Made by a program: the position numbers and the translations under genes | Shown here: positions 40,422-52,000 of the stretch, piece after piece | Numbering within the stretch: the first letter of the stretch is position 1 | Layout: each line of letters opens with the position of its first letter | Assembly (NCBI GenBank): GCA_965203805.1 | Contig: OZ241917.1 | Location: 5,184,001-5,248,000, forward strand | Source of the DNA: Candidatus Latescibacterota bacterium | GTDB taxonomy: Bacteria > Latescibacterota > UBA2968 > GCA-2709665 | Reading direction: 5' to 3' | Length of the DNA: 64,000 nt | Notes under the pieces: model-generated | Database searches by the model: none | Seen by the model: the letters and a program-made list of their open reading frames with translations, nothing else | What the model was told of the DNA's origin: nothing

Positions 40422-41513
40422 ATGGCTCCCGTCAAGCTGGGCGTCGTAGGTTGCGGCGCAATCGCACAGATACAGCATCTGCCGAATCTGGCGGGATTGC
40501 AAGAGGAATTCGAGGTCGCAATGGTATGCGATCTGTCGCCGGGGCTTGCCGCCTGGGCGGCAGAGACGTTCCACGTGCCCGCTTCGGTGACGGATTATCG
40601 GCGGCTTGTCGCGTCGGACGACGTGGAGGCGGTGCTCCTGTGCCATTCGGACCCGAAGACCGATGCTGCCGTGGCCGCGCTGGAGGCCGGAAAGCACGTG
40701 CTGATTGAAAAGCCGGTCTGCTTTACGCTCCGGGAGGTGGATGCGATTGCACAGGCGGCTGACCGGGCCGGCGTGGTGGCGCAGGCGGGTTATATGAAGG
40801 TGTACGATCCGGCGTTCGAGACGGCGAAAGCCGAGGTGGACGGGATGACGGATATTCGCTTCGTCCAGGTGAACCATCTGCACCCGGACAACCGGCTCCA
40901 TCTGCGTCAGTTCAGGCTGAAGCGGTTTGACGACCTGCCCGCGGGACCCGTGGCGGAGACGCATGCAGCCCGGCAGTCGGCGGTTCGCGAGGCGATCGGC
41001 GAGGCGCCGGAAGACGCGGTTCGCGCGTTCTTCACGCTATCGGGAAGCATGATCCACGACTTGTATTGTCTTCGTGCAATGATGGGGACGCCGGAGTCGG
41101 TGGTCAGCACGGAGGTTTGGAACGAAGGGCGGGCGATTTCAACAGTACTGTCATACAGTAACGGCGCGCGTTGCGTGGCATCCTGGGTGGACCTGCCGGA
41201 CCTCTGGGATTTCAGGGAGACCCTTGAAGTGTACAGCGCCGACCGGCGCGTGCTGGTTTCATATTCCACCGGGTTCGCAAGGGGGATTCTGTCTACGGTT
41301 GTCGTCTACGAGATGGACCCCCGCGGGGAGACGTCCGCCCGGCGGCCGGCGGTTGCATGGGAGAGCCCATTCGTGCGCGAACTGCGTCACTTCCATTCGT
41401 GCATTGCCGGGCAGGACGCCTGCCGGACGCCGGTGACCGACGCCAGGGAGGACATCGGGCTGATTATCGATATCACCCGGCGTTACATGGAGCGCGGGCC
41501 GAAAACGGAATAG
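40422..41513 (+). CDS. Gfo/Idh/MocA family oxidoreductase
   Basis: GVVGCGAIAQ, HVLIEKP, SMIHDL. Confidence 0.9.
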   Translation: MAPVKLGVVGCGAIAQIQHLPNLAGLQEEFEVAMVCDLSPGLAAWAAETFHVPASVTDYRRLVASDDVEAVLLCHSDPKTDAAVAALEAGKHVLIEKPVCFTLREVDAIAQAADRAGVVAQAGYMKVYDPAFETAKAEVDGMTDIRFVQVNHLHPDNRLHLRQFRLKRFDDLPAGPVAETHAARQSAVREAIGEAPEDAVRAFFTLSGSMIHDLYCLRAMMGTPESVVSTEVWNEGRAISTVLSYSNGARCVASWVDLPDLWDFRETLEVYSADRRVLVSYSTGFARGILSTVVVYEMDPRGETSARRPAVAWESPFVRELRHFHSCIAGQDACRTPVTDAREDIGLIIDITRRYMERGPKTE

Positions 41514-41532
41514 CCTGAAGTCGAAGACGATT

Positions 41533-41566
41533 CAGAAAAGCCCGGGGCGATCTCCGGGCTTTTCTG
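41533..41566. terminator. Bidirectional rho-independent terminator
   Basis: CAGAAAAGCCCGGGG-CGAT-CTCCGGGCTTTTCTG between convergent genes. Confidence 0.85.
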
Positions 41567-41597
41567 TTTCTGCAAGTTCCGTGTGGGCAACAGGCCT

Positions 41598-42569
41598 CTA
41601 TCGGGGACCATCCGAAACCGGGTAGAGCGTCAGCCTGCCTTTCCTTCCCGCGCCTTCATCGGCGACGATGAGCGTACCGTCCGAGGCGAAGGTAATTCCT
41701 TCGACCTGTCGATGCCACCGGGCTTGAAACTTCCTGACGTTGAGCACCTTCCCGTCGGGCGTCATTTCCGCGATCGCCCCCTGGCGGGCGGCCAAGACAT
41801 AGTAGTTCCCCGATACAGGATGCCGTTCGATCCCCGAGGGTTGGAATTTTCGGCCTTTGATGTGTCTCGCAAATCTCTTGACAGGTATCACGATTCGTAC
41901 ATCTTCATTCAATTGCCTCTTGTCAAGTGACCAGTGGTATATTGCCAGCTTCCGTTCCATTTCCAGGCTGCGAGCGTCCTTGCACATCAACAGGAGTCCC
42001 CGACGGCTCCGGTCATACGTCAAGCCCTCTATTTCGCAATCTCTTCCCACGCCGGTCGCGTAGACGTTAAAGAGAACGGATTCGCCGGGAGATCCCTCGC
42101 GAAACTCGAACAGCCGCCCCGAACTTGAGACGAGGTAGATCCTGTCGTCAGTTGCGGCAACCCCCTCGAAATCGCCGGCAACCGGAAAACTCATATCCGA
42201 TAACTGGAATGACTTGACGATTGACCCATTCCGATAATCGATCTCGAAAACGATCGCTCTTTCGTCGTTGTGCGCCAGAAGCCGGTTGTCTGCGGTCATC
42301 GCCAGTCCGGAGACCTCCTCCAGTTCCCTGGGGAGCTTCCAATGTGTCGCGGTCTCGGGTTCCAGGGGATAGCTGTCGAGAGATATTCTCCGTTTCGATG
42401 CCGCGGCTGCGTCCGCCTGCGAGATGACGCCTGAAATACCCTTAGTCGTGTCGACCAAATCTCCAGCGACTTCCGCGGATGCACTCGTTCCTGCTCCCGT
42501 CGCCAGCATATAGAGAAGAATGCCGAAACCAGGACAGTTGAGCGGAAATTTAGTCTTGATGTTATTCAT
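41598..42569 (-). CDS. SdiA-regulated (YjiK-like) secreted beta-propeller protein
   Basis: Signal peptide; repeated EVSGL / DFEGV / EIEGL / QPSGI / QVEGI blades. Confidence 0.75.
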   Translation of the reverse strand: MNNIKTKFPLNCPGFGILLYMLATGAGTSASAEVAGDLVDTTKGISGVISQADAAAASKRRISLDSYPLEPETATHWKLPRELEEVSGLAMTADNRLLAHNDERAIVFEIDYRNGSIVKSFQLSDMSFPVAGDFEGVAATDDRIYLVSSSGRLFEFREGSPGESVLFNVYATGVGRDCEIEGLTYDRSRRGLLLMCKDARSLEMERKLAIYHWSLDKRQLNEDVRIVIPVKRFARHIKGRKFQPSGIERHPVSGNYYVLAARQGAIAEMTPDGKVLNVRKFQARWHRQVEGITFASDGTLIVADEGAGRKGRLTLYPVSDGPR

Positions 42570-42752
42570 TTCAGATTATGCTGTTTCGTCCGCGACGTAA
42601 ACTGCCAATTTGCGGTACCGGTTCAGGCGCCTTCGGTGCTGATTCACTCCTCGTCACCTTGCAGGGGCGCCCTGGCTCCGGTGTTGGCGGTGATCCTCCG
42701 TGGCTTCTTGCCGCACGGGGTCATCGCTCTTTTTGGGAATCAACGTCAATGG

Positions 42753-43706
42753 CTACACGCTCTGATCATTCTCAACGTCGGTCAGTTCCACGTCCTTAAT
42801 ACGCTTCTTCCCCCTCTTCTCAATCTCCCGGACAAGGGAGGTCAGATCGACGGACTGTCTCAAAGAGACGTGATACGCAACGACGACCGTGCCATCCAGG
42901 TTCTCGATCACTTCAGCCACGTTCCACTTTGCGCCAACGGACTCGAGAGTCGGTCCTGCTGCTTTCTGTGCTGCGTCGACATTTGTTGCATGCACGGCTA
43001 TCCTGCAATTGGAGAAATCTTCCTGGGTTTCACCGCCCAATTCGGAGGTCTCCACCGATTTTTTGCGTGACACGAGTTTCCAGCCGGAGAGTATCGGAGG
43101 TTGGGCTCCGTAATTGGTCTTCCATACCCCAAGTGTTATGGTCACAAATGCCAGCGATGCGATGAATGCGACTGTCGTAAGCTGGGTACCGGCGGCCAGC
43201 CCGATCCCGATCACCATAAACATGTAAACGGCATCCATTGTCTCCCTGAGCGAGATCCGGAAACTGACGGCGGCCACGATGCCAGCCAGGCTGAACGCAA
43301 GGGCAAGACTGCCTTTAACCAGGAAGACAACCAGCGATATCGCTACGGGCATCACGAGCAACGTGTGCGCAAATGACTGGCTGTACTTCTTGGACGGCCG
43401 CGTCCAGGCATAGACCCACGTGATCGGAAGGGTAACCCCGAAGGACAGTACCAGAGCGACCACAACCGGAATCGTGTGCGCCGGATCGAGAAGGCGGTTT
43501 ATGCCTTCCTTGATGTTTCCAAGTGGAATTGCGGCATCGGCGCCCGAGCCAAGCGTTTTTCCCACGAATATGCGTTCTCGCTCCTTGGCGACGTAATGCA
43601 GGATTTCGGGATAGAAATGGAAGATCGAATTGAGAATCACCAGCCACACGACATAATAGAAGAGCAGACGTACGATGATGTTCTTGAACACGGCACCCTC
43701 CATCAT
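42753..43706 (-). CDS. DUF4956-family membrane protein
   Basis: SLALAFSLAGIVAAVSFR...DAVYMFMVIGIGLAAG; multiple TM segments. Confidence 0.78.
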   Translation of the reverse strand: MMEGAVFKNIIVRLLFYYVVWLVILNSIFHFYPEILHYVAKERERIFVGKTLGSGADAAIPLGNIKEGINRLLDPAHTIPVVVALVLSFGVTLPITWVYAWTRPSKKYSQSFAHTLLVMPVAISLVVFLVKGSLALAFSLAGIVAAVSFRISLRETMDAVYMFMVIGIGLAAGTQLTTVAFIASLAFVTITLGVWKTNYGAQPPILSGWKLVSRKKSVETSELGGETQEDFSNCRIAVHATNVDAAQKAAGPTLESVGAKWNVAEVIENLDGTVVVAYHVSLRQSVDLTSLVREIEKRGKKRIKDVELTDVENDQSV

Positions 43707-43709
43707 TAA

Positions 43710-46487
43710 CTAGAACATGAAACCAGCACGCAAATATACGCCCGTTAAATCATCGCCATTTACGACTGCCAGGCTCAAGGTATGCCGGCGTTTCAAAAGC
43801 GATAGCCAGAATCCGCCACCGAAACTCGCGTGCCATTGATCGGCGCCGGGCGGGTCTCCGTCGTAGAACACACGGCCCGCGTCTGCTATTCCGAACACGC
43901 CCAACTCTCCCCGGAACAGGAGCTTGATTCTCGCCAGAACCAGGCGCAATTCGGAATTTCCAAACAGCGCGGTATCGCCGGCAAAACGGTTTTTCCGGAA
44001 TCCTCGCAGGTTGCCGATGGATGTCCCGCTGCCGATAGCGCCCGGCCCCCCCAGGAACGCACTCTCGAAAAAGGGAAAGGAACCCCACAGCCTCCTGGCG
44101 CCGCCTCTCAGTGCAAGCGTCGGGTCGGCGGGAACACGAGCAGTCAGATAAGTACTGACTTCGCCGTCGATGCTGGCAAACGTCGATTCCACGTCCCAGA
44201 CGCCGGGATAGACGGCTGCACCCGCCCTTATCTGGACTCCGCGATCAGGATATCCCGGATTGTTGCGCGTATCGTACGTGAATTCACCCCTTGCGCCGAC
44301 CTGACCGAAGGAACCTGTACCATAAGGCGGCTCAACCGTCGAGGCGACAAATCTGCCTTTGTTGGATTCGAGCGGGGTGTTTGAATATTTGAGGATCGGC
44401 CCGAAATCCACGGTTACTTTCGACCGAAACGAACCCGGACCGTTCCCGGAAGTCTCTTCATTGCGTTCTACTGCCCGAAACTCGAACGCGGGGGCGATTT
44501 CGAGGGTTTTCTGCTCCACTTTGTAGTAGGAAGACGGATGCGGAACCTCGGTTTCGTTTCCGAACCCGTTGAAACGCAGCAACTGGATTCCGGAGTAATT
44601 GAAGTTGACTCTGGCGTCAAAGTCTGCCACAGGTTGGCGAAACTTCACGGTATAGGAAACAAAGGACTTGATGCTATTGATATCACTTTGCCTCGCAAGG
44701 CCGACGCTAAACAGATGTTGTGAAGAGTATGGGTACTTCCGATAGCCGAAATACTGCCGGTTATGTACTACTCCGGCGTAAATATTCAGGTCGGGGTTTA
44801 TTGTAAAAATCGGAAGCGTAATGGCCTGCATGCCCCAATCGAGCGCGTATCTTGCACGGAGAATCCGGGCGGGCGGGCGTTTGTACGGCCGCCCGTCGAT
44901 CCTGGCACCGGTGTACCGGTTTTTTCCACGATAATCATAGTAGCGGATCTCCGAGTCACCGTTCCGCGATGAATCTGTGAGCGTGTCGTCCCCGCCGCCG
45001 CCATCGATACGGACGCGAATCCGACCGTTCGTCCCCGATATCTCCGCACGGTCATCTCCGCCACGGAGGTATACCCGCACTTCCCGGGTTTCTTTGCGAT
45101 GGAAGGTCCTCTGGAAGTAGGGTGTTTCCTTCGAGCCGAACGTGTTTTCCATCAGCCCGAGACGGAGAACGAGATCACCGTCGGGCAAGTGTTCCAAATG
45201 CACGTACTCATCCCTGTCGGTCGCCTGAATTTCGACCTGACGGGAGATGAATTCATAGTATCCGGCGGCGAATTCGGGCAACGCGTTCCGACGGGATTTG
45301 AGGGCGTACGTCAATGTCTCCCCCACAAGCCTGTAATACGGTGGCGGCAGTTTTCGTACGGCTTCCTCGATGACGTCATCGGTCAGACTGGCGCAAAACG
45401 CGTACGCTACCGAATCCCAGGCCGCCTTTTGAAGTTCGGCCAGAAACTCCCGGTCCAGTTCCCAGCCCGTGGTCGACAAGCCCACCGGGTTTGGATACCT
45501 GGCGTCGAATCTGATCTGCCTGGGGAGCCCGATTCTCGCCACCGCCATTGCAAGTCCCTCAAAGCCGATAAACGCCTGGTCGCGGTCCTCCGGTATCGGA
45601 AGCCAGGTATGACAGGCGCCATCGGGAAACCGCGCCCACCTCCACTGACCGTAATGACGATCCTTGTCGTTGATGAGAAAATCCATCAGTCTCGCCTTTA
45701 GATAGGCACGGGCGTCCACGCGGTGGCAGGGACCCTTTTCCAGGTGTTTCCACAGCTTCTCCGTGCCGCTGATCTTGCGGGATCCCGCGAATCCGGGTGT
45801 ATCGCCGGCGCCTTCCGAAGGGTGTTCCTGCAGCATGCCTATCAGGCCGGCGAATTGCGCGCGGTACTCCTTGAGCCTGGGATCGTCCGGAATGACGACG
45901 AGCGTATGCTTTGCGTGGAGGATGCCCGCGGCTTCCATCAGCGGATCGACCACGAGCGCCCCGGTCGGCAGAAGCGCGCTGATCAGATCCTGCAGGACGT
46001 CGTCCGCAATTGTATCCTTGAGCTCGTCCCATATCTTCCTGGACGGATCTTTATCCAGGGAACGTACCGTATAGCGGCGGCCGTCATTTCCTGAAAAGTG
46101 AAGGGAGACGGACTGTCCGGCGCCGCCGGGACGAAGCGGCGTCAGGCCGCCGCCTACGCTGTCAAGGTCCAGCACTGCAACCTCGATCGGCGTTGTCCAG
46201 AGATCCCTGTAGTTGCCGCCGTAGAACCAGCGTTTGAGCCCGCCGGCTCGAAACCTTTCCCCTGGAACCACCACGTGGGTCTTTGCGCCATTCGGAGGAA
46301 TTGAATGGTGAATCCTGTACCCCGGCGTCGGCGAATCCTTCTGTGGCGCCGATTCTGTCGGAACAGGAAAAGCGAACGACAACAGAATCAAAGAAGGGAG
46401 CCAGTTGGGAAATACCATCCTTGTACGGTTCATTTTAAGAGTATCAAAGATGACTTGCAAACCAAACGGTCGAAAACACGCATGCAA
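43710..46487 (-). CDS. Omp85/BamA-TamA-type beta-barrel protein with N-terminal kinase-like passenger domain
   Basis: C-terminal LRGFRKNRFAG and terminal GFMF. N-terminal DFLINDKDRHYGQW...IPEDRDQAF. True start may be ~46433. Confidence 0.75.
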   Translation of the reverse strand: MHACFRPFGLQVIFDTLKMNRTRMVFPNWLPSLILLSFAFPVPTESAPQKDSPTPGYRIHHSIPPNGAKTHVVVPGERFRAGGLKRWFYGGNYRDLWTTPIEVAVLDLDSVGGGLTPLRPGGAGQSVSLHFSGNDGRRYTVRSLDKDPSRKIWDELKDTIADDVLQDLISALLPTGALVVDPLMEAAGILHAKHTLVVIPDDPRLKEYRAQFAGLIGMLQEHPSEGAGDTPGFAGSRKISGTEKLWKHLEKGPCHRVDARAYLKARLMDFLINDKDRHYGQWRWARFPDGACHTWLPIPEDRDQAFIGFEGLAMAVARIGLPRQIRFDARYPNPVGLSTTGWELDREFLAELQKAAWDSVAYAFCASLTDDVIEEAVRKLPPPYYRLVGETLTYALKSRRNALPEFAAGYYEFISRQVEIQATDRDEYVHLEHLPDGDLVLRLGLMENTFGSKETPYFQRTFHRKETREVRVYLRGGDDRAEISGTNGRIRVRIDGGGGDDTLTDSSRNGDSEIRYYDYRGKNRYTGARIDGRPYKRPPARILRARYALDWGMQAITLPIFTINPDLNIYAGVVHNRQYFGYRKYPYSSQHLFSVGLARQSDINSIKSFVSYTVKFRQPVADFDARVNFNYSGIQLLRFNGFGNETEVPHPSSYYKVEQKTLEIAPAFEFRAVERNEETSGNGPGSFRSKVTVDFGPILKYSNTPLESNKGRFVASTVEPPYGTGSFGQVGARGEFTYDTRNNPGYPDRGVQIRAGAAVYPGVWDVESTFASIDGEVSTYLTARVPADPTLALRGGARRLWGSFPFFESAFLGGPGAIGSGTSIGNLRGFRKNRFAGDTALFGNSELRLVLARIKLLFRGELGVFGIADAGRVFYDGDPPGADQWHASFGGGFWLSLLKRRHTLSLAVVNGDDLTGVYLRAGFMF

Positions 46488-46490
46488 ACG

Positions 46491-48848
46491 TCAAAATCCA
46501 AATCCGATTCCCGTATAGATCCGGATTTTTCTTTTTTCAGTGCTTACAACGTCAACGCGCATGGGACCAAGGAAAGATGTGTTGACATATCCGCCGATTC
46601 CAAATCCGTGGATCCAGACATTCGGCCGGTTGGGATTGGTAACCATATTATAAATACCGCCCTGGTAGAAAACCCCGATTGCACTGCGAGGCAGGGTTTC
46701 CCAGGTTTTTACGTGTTTCCAGACAGATACGCCCAGGGAGACGAACCTCGATACCTTCAGTTCGTCTCGATTGAGTCCAACCACGGGCAATGCCGCGTCA
46801 CTGAAGTGTCCGGCTCCACCTAAAGCGAGATATTCGTGCATGGGCGCCGACCGTGTCACATAGCCTCCCGAGGACCGGACGCCGACGCTCAATCGCGAAT
46901 ACGGGCTGGAGAAAATCGCGAACTCTGTCTGCAACTGTTTCTGCGAATATGCCGGCCGGACCCATTTTATCCGTGTTCGAAAGTAGATCCCTCTTTTCGG
47001 CAAATGCGAATTGTCCCGCGTGTCTATACTCCCTGAAAACCACAGACCGGGCATATACTCGGACGCGTTGTCGATTGAGCGGTCGACATTGCGGATGCGG
47101 ACCTGCTCTACCTGATATCCCGCTTTGAGACCGCCCCAACTTCCGAACAGAACCTGCATGCCCATTCGTGCACGAAGACGCCTCTCTTTGTACGCGCCCC
47201 GGCGTTGCCGGTCCTGAAAATACAGCCTCTCCTGATGCCATCCCCGAAGCTCACCGAGAAGACGCAGACTCCCGGATGAGCGGAAGAACAGGTTCAATTC
47301 CGCAAAGCTCAAATTGCCCGCCATGCCACGCAGATAGAGCTCGGATACCCGGCCGTAAGTGCTTTGGTGTACGAACTCGCCCAGTGCCGAAACCCGAAAA
47401 TCGTTGTCGTAACGAAGTCCCGCTCTCACCTCGCTGGGTGGGTTTTCAAGCACGTAAAAAACCAGCTCCGTCCGGCCTTCACGGTCAAGAATCTGGTAAT
47501 TTACAGTCTGGAACAATCCCGTGGCGTAAAGGCGGGCGGATTCGCTTTCCAGCTTCCGAAACGACACGGGCTTATTTTTGATGTTTTCAAACCGCCGTTC
47601 GAACAATTCGTGCGAATAGCGCTTCAGACCTTTAATCCGTACCCGGTCAATGACAATATCGGGCGGAATATCCGTCCACTTCCTGATGTCAAGACCGTCT
47701 GGTAGAATTGACGTTCCGGACGCTCCGGTCCGCCTGGAAACCCCGAGCGTCCCCAGTGCACTCCGGATGGCCTTCAGGTGGTTTTCGGCTTCCGTGATCC
47801 CAATCGCGATCAAGGTGTGGGAGAGATTGAAATCGGCGCCATCGAATCCCTTCAGATCGGGTGTCATCAACACATGCGCGAGTTTTCGATTTGCGATCTT
47901 TTTCTCTTCAATTCGAAAACTGACCGCCTGATCGATGACGTCGACGATATCGTCGACTTCATGTTTTCGAGTCCGCAGGGGCGTGGCACAATCCACGGCG
48001 ATAACCAGATCAGCGCCCGCGTCCAGTGCGACATCCACCGGCAGATTATTAACAATGCCCCCGTCGACAAGATGGGTCTGTTCTGTGCTCATCGGCGCAA
48101 ATATGCCGGGGACTGAAATACTGGCCCTGATCGCAGCGCCTAAAGAGCCACTCTTGAGCACGACCTGGTCTCCGGACAGGATATCTGTTGCGATCGCGCG
48201 AAATGGAATGGGAAGCCGATCAAAATCGCTTCGGGCCCGATAGGTCGCGCCCAGGGTCAACTGATTGAGAAATTGCTGGATCTTCTGCCCGGCGAAGATG
48301 CCGTAAGGCAATTTCAGTTCCAGGTTATCGAGCCGCAATGCGACCATCTGACGATCGGCCACGGGTTTGCGATTCAGATTGGACAGACGACGGTCGGGGC
48401 TGTTGTTCGTGATTTCTCCCCAGTCCGTGTCCGCGATTATACGTTCAAGATTGTCGACAGAATATCCTGCAGCGTACAACCCTCCCACAAGAGCGCCGTA
48501 GCTGACACCGACGATAAGATCAATGGGGACGCCTTCACGCTCCAGCACGCGCAACACGCCGATATGCGCCCCGCCTCGCGCGCCCCCGCCACTGAGCACA
48601 AGGGCGACCCGGGGTCGTTGATCCGCAAAAGAAGGAAGCGCAAAAAGGGCAATGCCTATACACAACAGACCCGCGCTCCGGGCGGACTGGCTTTGAACGA
48701 TACAGCGATTCTTCCCTGGATGCTTCCCGCCAAACATCCGGTACCCTGCTTTGGATGGACCGTTCGTTCCAGGCGCCACACAGCTTGCAACTGACTTGAA
48801 TGCCCCTGAAGAAAGGTAGTATTCGAACCCGTGGCTTCGTATGTTCAA
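46491..48848 (-). CDS. Patatin-like phospholipase-POTRA-Omp85 protein (PlpD-like, type Vd)
   Basis: LSGGGARGGAHIG, GVSYG, VDGGIVNN, a POTRA-like segment and a C-terminal barrel ending in GFGF. True start is probably downstream of 48848. Confidence 0.85.
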   Translation of the reverse strand: MNIRSHGFEYYLSSGAFKSVASCVAPGTNGPSKAGYRMFGGKHPGKNRCIVQSQSARSAGLLCIGIALFALPSFADQRPRVALVLSGGGARGGAHIGVLRVLEREGVPIDLIVGVSYGALVGGLYAAGYSVDNLERIIADTDWGEITNNSPDRRLSNLNRKPVADRQMVALRLDNLELKLPYGIFAGQKIQQFLNQLTLGATYRARSDFDRLPIPFRAIATDILSGDQVVLKSGSLGAAIRASISVPGIFAPMSTEQTHLVDGGIVNNLPVDVALDAGADLVIAVDCATPLRTRKHEVDDIVDVIDQAVSFRIEEKKIANRKLAHVLMTPDLKGFDGADFNLSHTLIAIGITEAENHLKAIRSALGTLGVSRRTGASGTSILPDGLDIRKWTDIPPDIVIDRVRIKGLKRYSHELFERRFENIKNKPVSFRKLESESARLYATGLFQTVNYQILDREGRTELVFYVLENPPSEVRAGLRYDNDFRVSALGEFVHQSTYGRVSELYLRGMAGNLSFAELNLFFRSSGSLRLLGELRGWHQERLYFQDRQRRGAYKERRLRARMGMQVLFGSWGGLKAGYQVEQVRIRNVDRSIDNASEYMPGLWFSGSIDTRDNSHLPKRGIYFRTRIKWVRPAYSQKQLQTEFAIFSSPYSRLSVGVRSSGGYVTRSAPMHEYLALGGAGHFSDAALPVVGLNRDELKVSRFVSLGVSVWKHVKTWETLPRSAIGVFYQGGIYNMVTNPNRPNVWIHGFGIGGYVNTSFLGPMRVDVVSTEKRKIRIYTGIGFGF

Positions 48849-49046
48849 GATAGTGGCCGGAGGGTCTCTCCCGCAAGTCCTTCATTGCGGCAGAAGCGTA
48901 ATCGGACCGACGCGTATGCCGCGGACAGAACTCCTTTTTGGTACTCGACCTGAGTCCAGGCGGCCGGTTCGACGTTCGTCTTCGGAGGGCGGTCACTCGA
49001 ACTGGTCTTTTTGTCCGGCTTCAGCATTATCGACAGGAGGTGAAAC

Positions 49047-52000
49047 ATGGAGAACCTGGCGTTGTACATGAATGGAAGCCGGCCGTACGTAAGCAGCATT
49101 TCGTACAACTACCACGCCTCCAGGATCAACGACGGGATCCGGCCGACTGAAGTGGCCTCCACGAGCGATACGGCCTGGGTTTCGGCGTCCGAACCCCTGC
49201 CGCAGTGGGCGGCGGTTGTGTTTGCGAGGGCCGCCCGGGTTGACCGCGTGGTGGTTTACTGGGGGAAGGGACGAATGCCCGAATCCTCGCGCAGAATCGA
49301 AGTCCAGGGACGGGTCGAGGGCGCGTGGGCGGCCATCGCGGCGAGGGATATCCCGACGCCCGGGCTTAAGACCGAACTGGTGTTCGATCCTGTTCAGATT
49401 GAGGCGGTACGGATTTGGCAGGACGCGGATGGAGGGCCGGAATCAACGCCGGGCCGGATGCACGTCGCGCAGCTTGAAGCGTACGGCGATTTCGTCGAAG
49501 ATCGAGCGGTGGATTGTCTGAAGATCCGTGATTCGCTCCGGGAGGAGTGGGAGCGCAATTTCCAGGCGTCGCGGCGGGAGATTACGCGGGAGGTGCTGGA
49601 ACGGATCGACCGATCCTCCGCGCTCCGGTCGTTGACCGGACCGGTGCGGGTTGACGAAATCGCGCGTGCGCGGCGCAACCGCGCGTCCACGGCGTGGGGC
49701 AGGGCGCAGGCTGACAGGATCCTGAACGATGCGTCGTGGTGGCTGGACAAGGACGATGAGTTTATCTACCGAATGATCCCCACGGAGAATCCCCGGGCGA
49801 TTTCGCCGAGTTACGAGCGGGGTTGTCCGATCCACGGCGGCGGGCGCAAATGTATGCGGACGAATACGGCGCTGGAGTACCGGTGGCAGTGCGTCATCGG
49901 CGGGGAGTGGTGGTACAACGGCGCGGTCGTACAAAATCCGGCCACGGGAGAGCCGGTGGAGGTGCGGGACGACGACGACGGATGGACCGCGCCGGAGGGA
50001 TTCCCTGATGCCGGCACGGTCTACCACTTCAATTCCGCGTGGCGATATTATGCGCTCACAAAGCTGTTCTTTCATCCTTACGAGTTGACGATCCCTTCCC
50101 GGGATGCCTATACCGGCGATACGGCCATTCTGCAGTTGTCGCGCGCCTATGCAATTACAGGCGACGAGCGGTACGCCCATAGAGCCGGCGTTATGCTGAA
50201 CCGGCTGGCGGAGGTCTACCGGTACTGCAATGGAACGGTGGACGAGCAGCGTCCGCTGACGCGCGGCTATGTGGTGCAGGTGAGCTGGGAAGAAATGCTG
50301 ATTTATAACTGTATGTCTGCCTGCGACCTGGTGATGGACTCCATGTTGAAAGACGAAGCACTCCTGGCATTCTTCAGGGCAAAGGGCGACTGCGACTACA
50401 ATTCCGACGGACGGGTGGACTTCGAGGACATCCGCTACAATATCCGGCACAATCTGTTCGGCTATATGTACGAGTGGCTGCACCGGGCCATGGCGATCCA
50501 GACCGGGGACTACATCATACGGGAAGGCCTGGTGCTCTGGGCGCTGGGCGAAATGCTCGGCAATGAGGAACTGGTAGACGAGGCCATCGAAGGGCGGTAC
50601 GGTCTGGCCGTAAATTTGACCAACAACACGTTCCGCGACGGAAAGTGGTGGTACGACGCGCCCGGCTACTCGGTGAGTTCGATGACGCGGACGATTCTGG
50701 ACCGGCTGTTTTCGATGAAGGGCACGGAACGGCTCCGTGATCCCCGCCTCCGGATTCGTGAGTCCATAGCGTTCGCCCGGAACATCTATTGCGATGGCCG
50801 GATTCCCGCAATCGGCGACACTGGAGGCGGCGATTCCAGAATGAAGGTGCTGGATCCGCTCGCGAACTGCGACGTCGAGGAACTGGCATATATCCACACC
50901 GGTGACGACGAGTATCGGAGCCGGCTGCTCGCGCTCTCGGAAGGGGACGTGGACGGGGCCAGAGAGCGATATGCCGATGCGAACCTGCTGTTTCACGCGG
51001 ATGCGGTCGCTGGAACCGCCGCCCCGCATGTCCCCGGCACGACGCTCTTCCACGACTCGGGCATCGCGATCCTCAGGACGGGGAGCGAAGTGGCGACGAG
51101 GAAGCATCTGGTTTTGAACTACGGAAAGGGCAGCGGCGGACACGGGCACCGGGACAAGCTGTCGATCAACCTGATTGCGTTCGGGTACGATCTGGCGTGC
51201 GATCTGGGGTATCCGACGACGTTTACGCACAAGAAGGTGGACGGATGGGAGAAGCATACCGCCAGCCATGCGACCGTTTGCATCGATGGCCGGGCGCAGG
51301 AAATCGCCACGGGCAGCCTGCGGTTCTTCGGACGCACGCCGGGAATGCAGGCCGTCTGCGCATCCGGAGAACGGGCGTATCCGGAATGCGCCGGGGTGTA
51401 CGAGCGGACGCTTGTGATGGTGGATGCGCCGGGATCCGACACGTATGTCTTTGATCTGTTCCGCGTCCGGGGAGGCGCGACCCACGACTATATGTTCCGG
51501 AGTCTGAGCGGGGACGACGGCGAGGGCTTCAGTACGGAATTTCCCGCCGGGACGAAGACGGTGCGCCAGCCCGGGGGTACGGCCGCGGGGGAAGACGTTG
51601 CGTTCGGGACCTCGCCCGGGCCCGGATATATCAAGGATGTCACCCGGAGGTTCTGTTCGGGCACGTGGTCCGCCACGTGGCGGGCGGGTGACGAGGACAG
51701 TACGGGCATCCGCCTGACGATGCTGGGGCATTCCGGCCGGGAGATTATTAATGGAAAGGGAGAAGGATTCGGGTTTTTCGGACAGAGTCCGTGGGACGCG
51801 TGCGTGGCGGTGAGACAATCGACTGAAGGCGGCGAGTCGATCTTCACAGGCGTGCTGGAGCCGTTCCAGGGCGAACCCTTCGTCAGGTCGGTGGTAGCGT
51901 TGGACGTGTCAGGTGGTATCGGCGCAAGGGTATGCCTGGATGGCAGAACCGATTACGTGTATCGCAGATTGAAGTCGGGGTCAGTCTGTACGACAGCCAT

